Virus record (IMG/VR): IMGVR_UViG_3300036546_000248
Reading direction: 5' to 3' (one strand)
Length of the DNA stretch: 64,000 bases
DNA from: a virus
Taxonomy: Duplodnaviria > Caudoviricetes
Below are positions 1-10,080 of the stretch, in pieces; positions within the stretch are counted from its first letter, which is position 1, and every line of letters starts with the position of its first letter. Below the pieces are notes generated by a model that did not search any database, had not been told where the DNA came from, and saw only the letters and a program-made list of their open reading frames with translations. A program made the position numbers and the translations under genes.

Positions 1-260
1 AGAAACTCATAGTTATAACCGTAGAGGAACGGGTTATTTTTCTGAGTGTGGAGGAACTGGGAGAAATTACCAAAGAACTCCATAGCTATTGGGAAGACTT
101 CCCGATAGAAGGAAAACCCTTGGGTGTTGGCACGGCCGGTGAGGATGAGGTCCATCACGCGATCTACGTCACGGCTGCCAGGTGTGGTGACAACACCACC
201 TGCACCATTAGCCACGAGAAAGCCACGTGGGTAAAGAGCGCCCGACAACTTAATTGTCAT
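1..260 (-). CDS. Conserved phiKZ-like protein (about gp91), runs off the window edge
   Basis: Read manually: ATG at 260 overlaps the upstream stop; MTIKLSGALYPRGF...NNPFLYGYNYEF is open to position 1; absent from the ORF track because it has no stop. Confidence 0.75.
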   Translation of the reverse strand, partial: MTIKLSGALYPRGFLVANGAGGVVTTPGSRDVDRVMDLILTGRANTQGFSFYREVFPIAMEFFGNFSQFLHTQKNNPFLYGYNYEF

Positions 261-1149
261 AGTAGTCGCTCTCCATGTCCATCACCTTCTTGTTCAGCTT
301 TTGCAGACGCCCTTCGGTGTAGGCGATTTCCTGCTGGAGCCGAGCATCCGGTTCACGTTCTTCTTTGAGAGCGAGCAGTCGGTATTCGAGTGCACGCTTC
401 TCTTCCAACGCCGCTTTATAGCGACTGACTTGCCATTCAGCCACAGCCATGCGGACGTAGTAGATCGGGTTCAGACGAACCGGGATCAAACCAAAGCCGA
501 GCGGGTCGGTCTTGGTCGCACCCAGGGTTTGTTCAACCATGGGGACTTCGTCAGCAGTGACGGTCATGTCCGGGATCGCAGCAAAGCTCGATTCCAGCTG
601 ACGTGTCGGGATGTAAAGGATGCGGCAAGCCTGAGCGAAGTTGTCGCGGTTATCCCACACCCAACGCTCTTCGGCTTTGGACATAGCCTTCGGCAACGTG
701 AAGCCGGTTTTGCCTTCAGCCTGTTCTTCACTCAGCGTCCAGAGCAGCAGTCGACGAGCGTAACGCGAAGCAAAGGAAGCCACCTCGAGGTACTGAATCA
801 GGTTGGCGCGCGTGAAGCTGATGGCACTGGAGCCTACGTCTTGTGCGAAAGCCTTGTTCACCATCTTCTCGATAGTGTCCAGACGCTCACCCAGACCTTC
901 CAGTACGGTAGATACCGCGTAGAGGTAGTTAGCGTTAGCCAACTTGGGGGAGATCTTTTTGGCGAACTCACGGTCGTAGTTCTGGCACTGCTTGGCATGG
1001 AGCTTGCTGCGACCGTAATGCTCTTTAACCGAGAGATACGGAGGCAGGGTGATCTCTTCGACCTCTGCGCGCAGAACCGAGAGTTCCTCGGTCAAACGGC
1101 TGCGCTCGAACGTCGGGAGCATCAGAGAAAGGAACTTTTGGATCTTCAT
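250..1149 (-). CDS. Virion structural protein (phiKZ gp90-like)
   Basis: 299 aa with C-terminal coiled coil; position in the phiKZ head-protein cluster. Confidence 0.65.
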   Translation of the reverse strand: MKIQKFLSLMLPTFERSRLTEELSVLRAEVEEITLPPYLSVKEHYGRSKLHAKQCQNYDREFAKKISPKLANANYLYAVSTVLEGLGERLDTIEKMVNKAFAQDVGSSAISFTRANLIQYLEVASFASRYARRLLLWTLSEEQAEGKTGFTLPKAMSKAEERWVWDNRDNFAQACRILYIPTRQLESSFAAIPDMTVTADEVPMVEQTLGATKTDPLGFGLIPVRLNPIYYVRMAVAEWQVSRYKAALEEKRALEYRLLALKEEREPDARLQQEIAYTEGRLQKLNKKVMDMESDYYDN

Positions 1150-1161
1150 GGTTGACTCCGG

Positions 1162-2319
1162 TCAAATCGTGGGGTTGGCGCCCATCTGGTAGGCCTTCAT
1201 GATCTCGGCCACATCCGGGCCCTTCTTGCCGTTGGAAACTTTCAGTTCCTTGAACGACAGCTCCGTCGGAATAGCAATACCCCGATGGTAGAAGGTAACC
1301 ATTTCGTAGTCCGGGTCTACCACACAGAGAATCATGCAGTAGGTTTCGTTGAAGACTTTGTCGCGTACACGCAGGTCTTTCAGACGCCCACCGACATTAC
1401 GTTCCAGTTCGCGGGCGGTGGATGCACCGATCACGATCAGGTTCGAGGCAGTGGCCACCGACGGCTGACCCGAGAAGATTGCCGAAATGCTGTTGCCACG
1501 GCGACGCTTGCGGATCTCCTCGTACAGACCCGAGTTGTCTTTGGCCAGGGTCTTCTTGTGAGCATCGATCAGGTCTTGGCACATCACGAGGTCACGGATG
1601 AACTCGAGTTGGCCTGCACGCCACGCATGGAAGCGCTCTTTGACACTGATTTTCTTGTTGCCGACCGATAAGATATGAACCAGTTCACTGGAACCAATGC
1701 CGGTGCAAATCAGGCGGACGTTGATCGGGAAGGTGGCTCTTTGGCCATCGGACTCGATGTGGACTTCGAGCATCTTACCGACCGAGAGGTTGGTGAGGTC
1801 TTGGAGCGAGGCAACTGTATCGCGACCAAGACCCATGGTTTCTTCACCACCAGGTACTTCTTCACCGGCACCAGCACTTCGCACCATGTCGCGCACCGAA
1901 GCCGCTTCCATGGAAATGCCGAGCTTTTCCAGCCCAGTAGGCTTACCCGGAACCGGGAGACGGAAGCTGTAGGAACGGGCGTCTTCCAGGACGAGGGACA
2001 CACCGTCACTGATGCCGTTGGCTACGTTGTCTTTGACGCTGCGTTGGGGGTTCAGCTTGTCGAGCAGTTTGACGACATCTACCCGACCCACGTTCACCGA
2101 CAGGGCCACGGCCTGCAGGTAATAACCACTGAACAGTGACGTCAGCGATTGCATGATATCTGGGGCGACATCCAGTTTGGTAACCCGAGCATCCATCAGC
2201 ACCAGCGGTTCAACGCGGGTGGGCTTGGTGTACTCGATCAGCGAATCGGAGGTGCTGTTACGCATAACCTCCGTCAGTTTACCGGCCAGCGCAAGACCGG
2301 TGACGACGTCATTCATCAT
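1162..2319 (-). CDS. Virion structural protein (phiKZ gp89-like)
   Basis: 385 aa; synteny; SME motif of the kind cut by the phiKZ-type head protease. Confidence 0.65.
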   Translation of the reverse strand: MMNDVVTGLALAGKLTEVMRNSTSDSLIEYTKPTRVEPLVLMDARVTKLDVAPDIMQSLTSLFSGYYLQAVALSVNVGRVDVVKLLDKLNPQRSVKDNVANGISDGVSLVLEDARSYSFRLPVPGKPTGLEKLGISMEAASVRDMVRSAGAGEEVPGGEETMGLGRDTVASLQDLTNLSVGKMLEVHIESDGQRATFPINVRLICTGIGSSELVHILSVGNKKISVKERFHAWRAGQLEFIRDLVMCQDLIDAHKKTLAKDNSGLYEEIRKRRRGNSISAIFSGQPSVATASNLIVIGASTARELERNVGGRLKDLRVRDKVFNETYCMILCVVDPDYEMVTFYHRGIAIPTELSFKELKVSNGKKGPDVAEIMKAYQMGANPTI

Positions 2320-2345
2320 AGTTGAAAATCCTTCGAAGGTGTTTC

Positions 2346-3470
2346 ATGAGCAAAACGATTAAGGATGTCTTAGGACAGATCTCACGGTCGGTTGGTCGAG
2401 GCGATATCTCCCAAGCGGCGTTGAACACGCTTTATGGGATTAACCACCGTGGGTATGGTAACCCTGTTCCGAACAACAAAGACAATGTAGGCCTGACCTT
2501 TTTTACGCGGCCTAATCTCAACCTAACATACGATAACATCTCGCCGATCCGTGTCCTGACCCCACTACTCGATGGTAATGGTGGTGGTGTGAATACGTTA
2601 CAGCGAGCCATTCGCATGATACTAGACCCTTACCTTGGGAGTCCGGCTAAGTTCGATGACCCCACCCTAGGTGGCAGTGGTGTCCCGTTGACATGTCCGC
2701 TGATTGATCAGGACAGCGCTTTCATACCGCTACTTAGCAACAATCTGATCTCCCTCAGTGGTTGGCCAGATGTAGGTGTCGAGACTTTCACCTCTACACC
2801 GGGTCTATTCCAAGAATCTTGGAGTATAGTTGATGGCCACTCGCGTTTCTATGAGACGTATGACCTCACCGCGACCTTCAAGAATATTGAAGGCGACCCT
2901 ATATCATTGCTGTTTTTCGTATGGCTCCACTATATGTCCTCGGTTTACCAAGGCGTAATGGTTCCATACCCTGAGAACATTGTGGAGCGTCGCGTTGATT
3001 ACCAGACTCGGATTTACCGTTTGATTCTGGATTACAAACGACAGTACGTTCAAAAGATTGCGTGTTGTGGCGCTGCGTTTCCGTTGAACAGTCCTTTGGG
3101 TAATGCCTTTAACTTCACTAACGAAGGGGTGTACATCAGCGACAACGATCAGCTCAACATTCGATTCAAAGCCATGGGGGCTGATTACAACGACCCCATT
3201 ATCATCTCCGAGTTCAATGCGGTGGTGGCTATCTTCAACGGTAAGATGAAAGGCAAAGCGAGTGATCGTGAACGGTACTATCGCAAAGTCTCTGCCGACG
3301 AGTTGGACTATTTCAACTACCGGGGTTATCCCTACATTGACCCAGAAACCCACGAGTTGGAGTGGTGGGTGCCGAAAGAGTTGTACACCGAATATGAAAA
3401 CCGATTCAGTTTTGGTGTTGAATCATTGAACTCAGACAAATACTCTGAGATCGACCCCTTAAAGATGTAA
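2346..3470 (+). CDS. Virion structural protein (phiKZ gp88-like)
   Basis: About 374 aa from MSKTIK; GAAGG RBS upstream; divergent from the gp89-like gene as in phiKZ. Confidence 0.6.
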   Translation: MSKTIKDVLGQISRSVGRGDISQAALNTLYGINHRGYGNPVPNNKDNVGLTFFTRPNLNLTYDNISPIRVLTPLLDGNGGGVNTLQRAIRMILDPYLGSPAKFDDPTLGGSGVPLTCPLIDQDSAFIPLLSNNLISLSGWPDVGVETFTSTPGLFQESWSIVDGHSRFYETYDLTATFKNIEGDPISLLFFVWLHYMSSVYQGVMVPYPENIVERRVDYQTRIYRLILDYKRQYVQKIACCGAAFPLNSPLGNAFNFTNEGVYISDNDQLNIRFKAMGADYNDPIIISEFNAVVAIFNGKMKGKASDRERYYRKVSADELDYFNYRGYPYIDPETHELEWWVPKELYTEYENRFSFGVESLNSDKYSEIDPLKM

Positions 3471-3488
3471 CGTTTTGGAGTTACCGTT

Positions 3489-3890
3489 ATGACCCGTAAG
3501 CACCGTTCCCTGGACCTCACCGGGCTGAAACTCGATTATGCGCTTGCCATGGCGTTGGATTGGACCGAACCGATGTATGGTGTTGGAAAGATTCGTTATC
3601 ACGAAGATGATAACTACATGACGATGGACGAACCAGATCCGGATGAGGACGAGTGCACCGAACCCCATCACTTCAACCATTATGTTCAGTGGGCGCCACA
3701 ACGTCTTAAGTCCATCATCCTCCAACTGATGATTGAGCATCGGGTGGGTGTGAAATGGGAGTGTGGTTCTGCGCGGGTCAGTAAAAGCGGGTTTGCCCAC
3801 ACCGGGGAAAATTTAGGAACTGCGGTAGCTCAATTGTTGGTGGCGTGTACGTTTGGTCTATACGTCGAGTTGCCTGAACACATTAATTGA
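3489..3890 (+). CDS. NinX/DUF2591-like phage protein
   Basis: LTGLKLDYALAMALDW resembles the NinX N-terminal motif; GGAG RBS. Confidence 0.5.
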   Translation: MTRKHRSLDLTGLKLDYALAMALDWTEPMYGVGKIRYHEDDNYMTMDEPDPDEDECTEPHHFNHYVQWAPQRLKSIILQLMIEHRVGVKWECGSARVSKSGFAHTGENLGTAVAQLLVACTFGLYVELPEHIN

Positions 3891-3904
3891 TTAAGGGGGC
3901 TACA

Positions 3905-6814
3905 ATGCCACTGTCCATTGAAGAGATGAAGGCCCAGATCGACTTGGTTCGATTCAATCCTTCAGCCATCTGCCAAGTGGCACTGGATGTGTTGGAAGAA
4001 GTCAATACAGGTACTCGCCTGATTGTTGATCCCTCCAACCCGTTCATGTTCCTCTTGGAAGCCAGTGCGGTCAACGCATCAGCTGCGATGTCTTGCTTTG
4101 CCGATTACAGCCGTAAACAATACGGGGTGATGGCACAAGATGAAGACGAAATCTACATGCACATGTCGGACAAGGATTTCTTGGGTCGCTTTGGTAATCC
4201 GTCGTCCACTACCATGGTGATGCTGCTGAGCCTTGAAGAAGTAAAAGCCAAGGCTATTCAGACCGAATTGACCAACACCCGGAAGTTGGTGATTCCTCGC
4301 CACACCACGTTCACGGTTGCCGGTTACAGCTTCATGATGCAATACCCGATCGAGCTACGGGTGATGAGCCACGGTGGCTTGAACGTGTTGCACGATGTCA
4401 GCCGCAAGTCACCGTTCATGAGTCTGGAAACAAATGTGGTGGAACATGAGATCGTCAACATCGACGGCACTGTGTTCATTTGCATTCAGATCCCGGTGTT
4501 GCAACTGAGTTCTGATATCTACTACCCCAAAGTGTCTATGGGTACTTTGACGGAAGCCACGTATACCTTCTCCGGCCAGTTCCATTTTGCTAGGGTTTAT
4601 CGGTCGTTGGAGAACGGTGAGTGGGAGGAGATGCAAACCACCCACAGCGCCCAGGTCTTTGATGTCAACACCCCTACAGCTGTTCTGAAGGTGTACGAGC
4701 AATCGGTTCGTGTGAGCATCCCTCTTGTGTACCAAGCCAACGGGATGGTCACTCGTGAGCTGCGGGTTGAGATCTACAGCACCAATGGCGAGATCAACCT
4801 GATCCTCAACAACTACCCACCGAATGCCTACAACGCGATGTGGTTGGACTACGACAATGACGACGATGGTCGTTACGTGGCGCCGCTGAAGACTTTCAAC
4901 GCCATCTCGGTGTATTCGGAAGCGACAGTAGCGGGCGGTACCAACAGCATGTCCTTTGATCAAGTGCGGGAACGTCTGATCAGTACGGCTTTGCGTGAAC
5001 AACAACTGCCAATCACCAGTGTTCAGTTGGGCGCGACCTTGGAAAACGCCGGTTTCAGCGCCGTGGTCAATACTGACTACGTCACTCAACGCCAGATCTT
5101 GGCTACACGTACACTCCCCACCCCTGAGGACCTCAGTGTCTATACAGGAATGGCTTCCACTATGGGGATGCTTCAGTGTACGGCCGATGAGATTCGTAAT
5201 CTCCACGGTGTGTATGACAACAACAAACGGCTGACCCTGACACCTAAGGTGTTGTACCGTAACACCGATTCGTTGTTGACCATCATGCCGGAAGCGACCG
5301 TCCAAGGACTCGAAGCGCTGCGTGTTACTGATCTGTTCACCCAAGAAGTCAGTGGAAAGAACTACCTCTGGTCGCCGTTCTACTACGTCTGGGGTTTGGC
5401 CGGTGATTACTTTGATGTACGGGCTTATCACTTGGATAGTCCAGACATCACGTCCAAAGCGTTTGTGGAGGAGAATCCGACGCTTGGGTTGGTGGTTGCA
5501 ACCGACTCATACGCCATTGAAAAAGTGGCTGCGGGCTACCGTGTGGTGGTGACAACTCGTTCAGGTCCTGTTTATAAAGAGCTGGATCTGGAACAACGTC
5601 ACGTGGTCTTGAGTTTTGAGGCACCGAATGAAAACGGCCGAGCATCGTTGGCCGGGACGCTGTTGTACGTAAACGAGGAAACCAGTGAAGCTGCGTATGA
5701 GTTCTTGGTGGAAACGCAGTACGATCTGGATGAAGAGCATCACCTGATCGTAACGAACTTCACTATCTTCGGACAAGTCCAGCCTTGCGGTATTCGTCTC
5801 AAGGACAAGTTCACGCTGGTCTATGGGGTGAGTAACTACCAAACGCAAGACATGCAGTTCACTGACATGGATAAGTTGACGGACACCACCTTGGTACCGG
5901 CCAGTCACTATGCGATTATCCAAGAAGAACTCAATTTTGTTTTGGGTTATTCGCTGGACCGTTTGTGGACCAATGGTCGTAGTGTGGTAGGTAGTGAAGG
6001 CTATCTGACATACGAGACTGATGTACCGGCCTTGTACGAAGCCACGCAATATCGCCGTGATCCTGTCACCGGCAGTTACGTCATTCGCATGGTAGATGGT
6101 CAACCGGATTTCGAGATCCTCCACAATATCGGAGACCCGGTGTTGGTCAATGGCGAGCCTCAGTACGCACACCGTAAAGGTGATTTGGTGTTGGACAGCA
6201 ATGGGCAACCCATTGTAGCCAGTCCGCGTAAAGTGGTACGTCAGGTGGATCTGTTCCTGGTGGATGGTCTTTACTACTTTGCCGACGATGAAACCACGTT
6301 GACCTATACCCGCTCCATTCCGAATACGGTGGTTGGGTGGTTGGAAAACGATATCACCATGGCATCGAAGAAGATGCTGGAACTGACCGACCTGTACTTC
6401 TATCCACAACGAACCACAGGTTATGTGGATGCGCTGGTCTTGGAAGGCTTTGAGATTCGCTTGGAGGTTGAGCAGGCGCTTCACATTGAGCTGTACATGA
6501 CCAAGAGTGGGTATGAAGATCTTCCGTTGCGAGCCTCTATCGAAACCAGTATCTTGGAGATTCTGGCCGATGAGTTCAAACGGGATACGGTTCGTTGCAT
6601 CGACATCGAAAACCGAATCATTGCGTCTGCTAAAGACCAAGTGATTACGGCGATGGTGTCAGGGTTGGGTGGCTCCAGTAACTACCGAGTGGTAACGCTG
6701 GTCGATCAGTCTGCACGCTTTGGCATTCGCAAAAAGCTGCAGGCCTTGGCCGACGGTACCTACTCGGTGGTGGACGATGTCACCATCAGCTTCCTGCGAC
6801 ACACCAACGCATAA
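3905..6814 (+). CDS. Large virion structural protein (phiKZ gp87-like, possibly baseplate)
   Basis: About 969 aa; AAGGGGG RBS before ATG 3905; synteny. Confidence 0.65.
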   Translation: MPLSIEEMKAQIDLVRFNPSAICQVALDVLEEVNTGTRLIVDPSNPFMFLLEASAVNASAAMSCFADYSRKQYGVMAQDEDEIYMHMSDKDFLGRFGNPSSTTMVMLLSLEEVKAKAIQTELTNTRKLVIPRHTTFTVAGYSFMMQYPIELRVMSHGGLNVLHDVSRKSPFMSLETNVVEHEIVNIDGTVFICIQIPVLQLSSDIYYPKVSMGTLTEATYTFSGQFHFARVYRSLENGEWEEMQTTHSAQVFDVNTPTAVLKVYEQSVRVSIPLVYQANGMVTRELRVEIYSTNGEINLILNNYPPNAYNAMWLDYDNDDDGRYVAPLKTFNAISVYSEATVAGGTNSMSFDQVRERLISTALREQQLPITSVQLGATLENAGFSAVVNTDYVTQRQILATRTLPTPEDLSVYTGMASTMGMLQCTADEIRNLHGVYDNNKRLTLTPKVLYRNTDSLLTIMPEATVQGLEALRVTDLFTQEVSGKNYLWSPFYYVWGLAGDYFDVRAYHLDSPDITSKAFVEENPTLGLVVATDSYAIEKVAAGYRVVVTTRSGPVYKELDLEQRHVVLSFEAPNENGRASLAGTLLYVNEETSEAAYEFLVETQYDLDEEHHLIVTNFTIFGQVQPCGIRLKDKFTLVYGVSNYQTQDMQFTDMDKLTDTTLVPASHYAIIQEELNFVLGYSLDRLWTNGRSVVGSEGYLTYETDVPALYEATQYRRDPVTGSYVIRMVDGQPDFEILHNIGDPVLVNGEPQYAHRKGDLVLDSNGQPIVASPRKVVRQVDLFLVDGLYYFADDETTLTYTRSIPNTVVGWLENDITMASKKMLELTDLYFYPQRTTGYVDALVLEGFEIRLEVEQALHIELYMTKSGYEDLPLRASIETSILEILADEFKRDTVRCIDIENRIIASAKDQVITAMVSGLGGSSNYRVVTLVDQSARFGIRKKLQALADGTYSVVDDVTISFLRHTNA

Positions 6815-6817
6815 AAG

Positions 6818-6861
6818 GCGGCATACAGGGAGGCCGAAGCCTCCCTGTACTTTTATGCCGC
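6818..6861. terminator. Bidirectional intrinsic terminator with TTTTATGCCGC box
   Basis: TACAGGGAGGC-CGAA-GCCTCCCTGTA between convergent genes; UUCG loop on the minus strand. Confidence 0.85.
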
Positions 6862-6865
6862 GTGA

Positions 6866-8038
6866 TTACAGCTTGATCTTGGAGGCATGTTCCAGCGCTT
6901 TCTTCACTTCTGCGTCGTCGTCTTGGACTGCCAAGGCGGCTACCCGCTTAAGTTTAGTAGCAGCGTACTTTTCCATACTCATCCAGAACTGGCGCGAACC
7001 AGACGAAGCCATACTGCACATCCGGGTGAAAGTCATCAATTGTTGCAGACCACTACGCAACGAATAAGACACTTTGTTGATCGCTGCACGGTGATCAGCA
7101 TCAAGGTCTTTGTTCTTTGAGACTTTCTGCTCGATCTTCTCGACCCGTTTTTCAAGAGTCGCTGTTTCATGGAAACCGCGTCCGTAGACTTTCGAGTCGC
7201 TACCGGTGTGGCCTTTATTACGTTGGAACACTTCTTCCAAATCGTGACGGAACTCGACCTTGATGTCGCGCATCGAGGTGAGACCTTCCATGATTTCAGA
7301 CATGGCACTACTGGCTGTTTCCGAGGAGAACTTGGTGATGTGACTCAATGCTTGAGGCAAGCTCAGGTCCTTGGGGTCAACCAGTTGGCTCTGTTCCACC
7401 GAAACATCTTTGGCATCCACCAACTTTTCCAGTAGGTCGACCGAGGACTTGACTTTCTCGAAGAGACCACTGGCCACCTTGTGAGCATCGGCGATGACGT
7501 GAGCCACTTTACCGTTGGTGATGATCTCTTTGAGGAAGGGGTTGAAGTAACCACTGATCTGCTGCTGATACTGTTCGTTCAGCTGCTTAGTGATTTCATC
7601 AACCTTGGCCTTGGCCTCACTGTTCATGTTAGCCACGATCCGGTCACAGACCTTGAGGCAGCGTTCGGTGGATTCGACATGACCATCGAGTTTCTTGATG
7701 GTGAATTCGATCTTCTCACGCGACTTCTTGATGTATTGGAAGATCTTGAGGGCCAATACAGCCACAGCGGCCACAGCACCTGCAATCACAAGGGCGGTCT
7801 TGAGATCAATAGATTCCAACGTCACCTTAAGGTTAGTCTGGGTGGGAGTTTGGCTGTAGTAAGCGTAGTTGGTCTCTTCCGGCAGCAGGTGAGAAGCTTT
7901 CTCGGCCATCGCACGCGATACACCGCCAGCTTCCTGAACCCCGTTCAAAAAGCCATCGATGTCCAAGGTGATGGCTTCAAGGGCGGCGAGCTGTTCTTCT
8001 TCAGTCCCGAGATCTGGAATTTCCAGTTCTTCATTCAT
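6866..8038 (-). CDS. Probable internal head/virion protein
   Basis: 390 aa; acidic N-terminus, hydrophobic helix and coiled coil; ALE motif near the N-terminus. Confidence 0.55.
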   Translation of the reverse strand: MNEELEIPDLGTEEEQLAALEAITLDIDGFLNGVQEAGGVSRAMAEKASHLLPEETNYAYYSQTPTQTNLKVTLESIDLKTALVIAGAVAAVAVLALKIFQYIKKSREKIEFTIKKLDGHVESTERCLKVCDRIVANMNSEAKAKVDEITKQLNEQYQQQISGYFNPFLKEIITNGKVAHVIADAHKVASGLFEKVKSSVDLLEKLVDAKDVSVEQSQLVDPKDLSLPQALSHITKFSSETASSAMSEIMEGLTSMRDIKVEFRHDLEEVFQRNKGHTGSDSKVYGRGFHETATLEKRVEKIEQKVSKNKDLDADHRAAINKVSYSLRSGLQQLMTFTRMCSMASSGSRQFWMSMEKYAATKLKRVAALAVQDDDAEVKKALEHASKIKL

Positions 8039-8044
8039 GACCGA

Positions 8045-8479
8045 TTACTCCGCTGCGACGATGAAATGTGCACCGTCAAGCAAAGCCGGACAGGCCTTGA
8101 GGAACTCCACCGTCTTGTTGTCGACTTCGCTGATACCACCACAGATGGCGAGGCTCAGAAGCTTCTGACCCAGCGGGTGAGTCGGTTCATGAACCAGCAG
8201 GTAGCGGGTGTACCAGACCCGGAAGATCAGGTCTTCTGCCGTGTCGATGTCCAGCGGCAGCGCTTCGTTCAGTTCGTTGAGCTTGTCGTACACAGCCGTC
8301 TTGACGGAGGTGCGGTAGTAGCTGCGAGCGTTGTCAACACGAGCCGACGGCAGAACCAGATCACGACCGACTACGCTGGCGGCGAGAATGGCGGTAGCAC
8401 GCGGACGATCATACAGACCGACGTTGCAGCTGTTCAGGTGGTTGGTGATTTCTTGGGTGAGTTGGCGCAGGTTATCCAT
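8045..8479 (-). CDS. Conserved virion protein (phiKZ gp85-like)
   Basis: 144 aa; GAG RBS; synteny. Confidence 0.55.
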   Translation of the reverse strand: MDNLRQLTQEITNHLNSCNVGLYDRPRATAILAASVVGRDLVLPSARVDNARSYYRTSVKTAVYDKLNELNEALPLDIDTAEDLIFRVWYTRYLLVHEPTHPLGQKLLSLAICGGISEVDNKTVEFLKACPALLDGAHFIVAAE

Positions 8480-8493
8480 GGGGGAGTCTCGCT

Positions 8494-9756
8494 TTAAGAA
8501 AGTTGTTTGAGGCGCTCGTGGGCTAGGAACAGATCGTTATTGACCAGTTTCTCCAACTCCACTTGGAACTTGAGCTGTTGGTACTGTTGACGACCCGATG
8601 GCAGAACCGAGGTGTAGAACATCTCGATCAATCCACGTTTGTCATCCACTTGTTTGAGCAGTTGATCCACCGCTTTGATGTCCAGCAGTGTTTCAGCCTT
8701 ACGCTCAGCCGACATCTTTTCCGATTTGATGGCTGTCATCATCTCATTACGGATGCGGCGCAGACGCGCCTCAGGCGGATCGTAGGTTTTCTCAGCCGGG
8801 TTGATGAACAGGATCAGGAGGAACAGGCCGAAGGTCAACGCCGAGAAGAAAAAGAACAGTGCCACGTTGAACACCGTCGCAATCACGTGTCCGGCGGTGG
8901 TGCGATACGAACTACCGCCACCATAGGAGCGCATGATCTTGTCCAAACCGGTTGCCAGAGCCCGTCCTGCGCCCATACGGACAGCAAACTGATCAGCCAA
9001 GGCCTCGGTAGCGGTGAGGTCATAAATCGGCGTGCCGAGCGAGCTGCGCGTATTCAGGATCTTCTTACGGACGAACACTGTCTGGAAGACCTCTTTGTCC
9101 GTACATTCCACCAACGACTCAACGTCATCGATTTCCACGTCCAGTGCTTTACAGGTTTCGTGGACCAGACGCACTTTACGAACCTTGTCGTCAGCCTTGA
9201 AGAACTGTTGGGTGGCGGCGTGCAGTACGATGTTCGTGGTCAGCACGTGACCCAGGAACTCGTAGTAGGTGAAAAGGTGACCCAGTTCGTGCAACATCAC
9301 CGCTGCGATTTCTTCGCAACTTACGAGCTTGCTTTCAAACATCCCACGCAGCACAACAGCTTTGTGTTGTACTTGGGAGAATGCACCGCCTAAGCGACCA
9401 TGAGCCAGGTCAACCCAACCGACCACCTGATCCAGCTTCTTATTCTTGATCAGACCATCGAAATCGTCTGTGCCCAAGTATGGCTTGAAGTAGTTGTACA
9501 CCAGTGGATTGTTTTTATCCACAGTTGGGATATGAACGTAGGCATTGAGATCCGATGAGTCTTCAACTTCGAAGCTCACCTTCACTCCGGTGCGATTGAA
9601 GATGATGGCAGGGATGTCAATGGCTTTGAGGGCCTTGCCTTTGTAGGCCTTCTCTTCGCGGATGCGTTGGAAAGCCAGTGTCAGCTCTTTAAAGAGCAGA
9701 TCGGATTGGACCTGGATGGCCTCCAGTCCGAGATTGAGTTTTCGTGGGGTAAGCAT
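8494..9756 (-). CDS. Virion protein with HExxH zinc-peptidase motif (phiKZ gp84-like)
   Basis: Probable start MLTPRKLNLGLEA (GGAG RBS); VMLHELGH, TEALADQFA and a C-terminal TM pair; the upstream part of the 941-aa track ORF is an antisense shadow. Confidence 0.7.
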   Translation of the reverse strand: MLTPRKLNLGLEAIQVQSDLLFKELTLAFQRIREEKAYKGKALKAIDIPAIIFNRTGVKVSFEVEDSSDLNAYVHIPTVDKNNPLVYNYFKPYLGTDDFDGLIKNKKLDQVVGWVDLAHGRLGGAFSQVQHKAVVLRGMFESKLVSCEEIAAVMLHELGHLFTYYEFLGHVLTTNIVLHAATQQFFKADDKVRKVRLVHETCKALDVEIDDVESLVECTDKEVFQTVFVRKKILNTRSSLGTPIYDLTATEALADQFAVRMGAGRALATGLDKIMRSYGGGSSYRTTAGHVIATVFNVALFFFFSALTFGLFLLILFINPAEKTYDPPEARLRRIRNEMMTAIKSEKMSAERKAETLLDIKAVDQLLKQVDDKRGLIEMFYTSVLPSGRQQYQQLKFQVELEKLVNNDLFLAHERLKQLS

Positions 9757-10080
9757 GTCAGCTCCGAAACCAGAAGAGGGCCTAAAGAAAAGATCACTCA
9801 TACTGATAACGGAGAGGGGGGGCATAAGAACCCAACCCCAGCCCCTAAGGGCCGGAGTGGGCAGGAGGAAACGGGAAAGCCATCCGACAACCAATCCCCT
9901 GAGAGCCATAGGCTGGGGGAGTCCGTAGGTGCCAAGGGATTGCTGGATCAACTTCCCCAGAGCGATGTTGGGCCAAACACCTCTCATACTAAGGTTAGAA
10001 AAGTAGTTAATTACTGACCCTGTTAAAAAACACCACCTGTCCTGATAATATGTCTTAAGGGCCTGATTGGAGTACCAACG

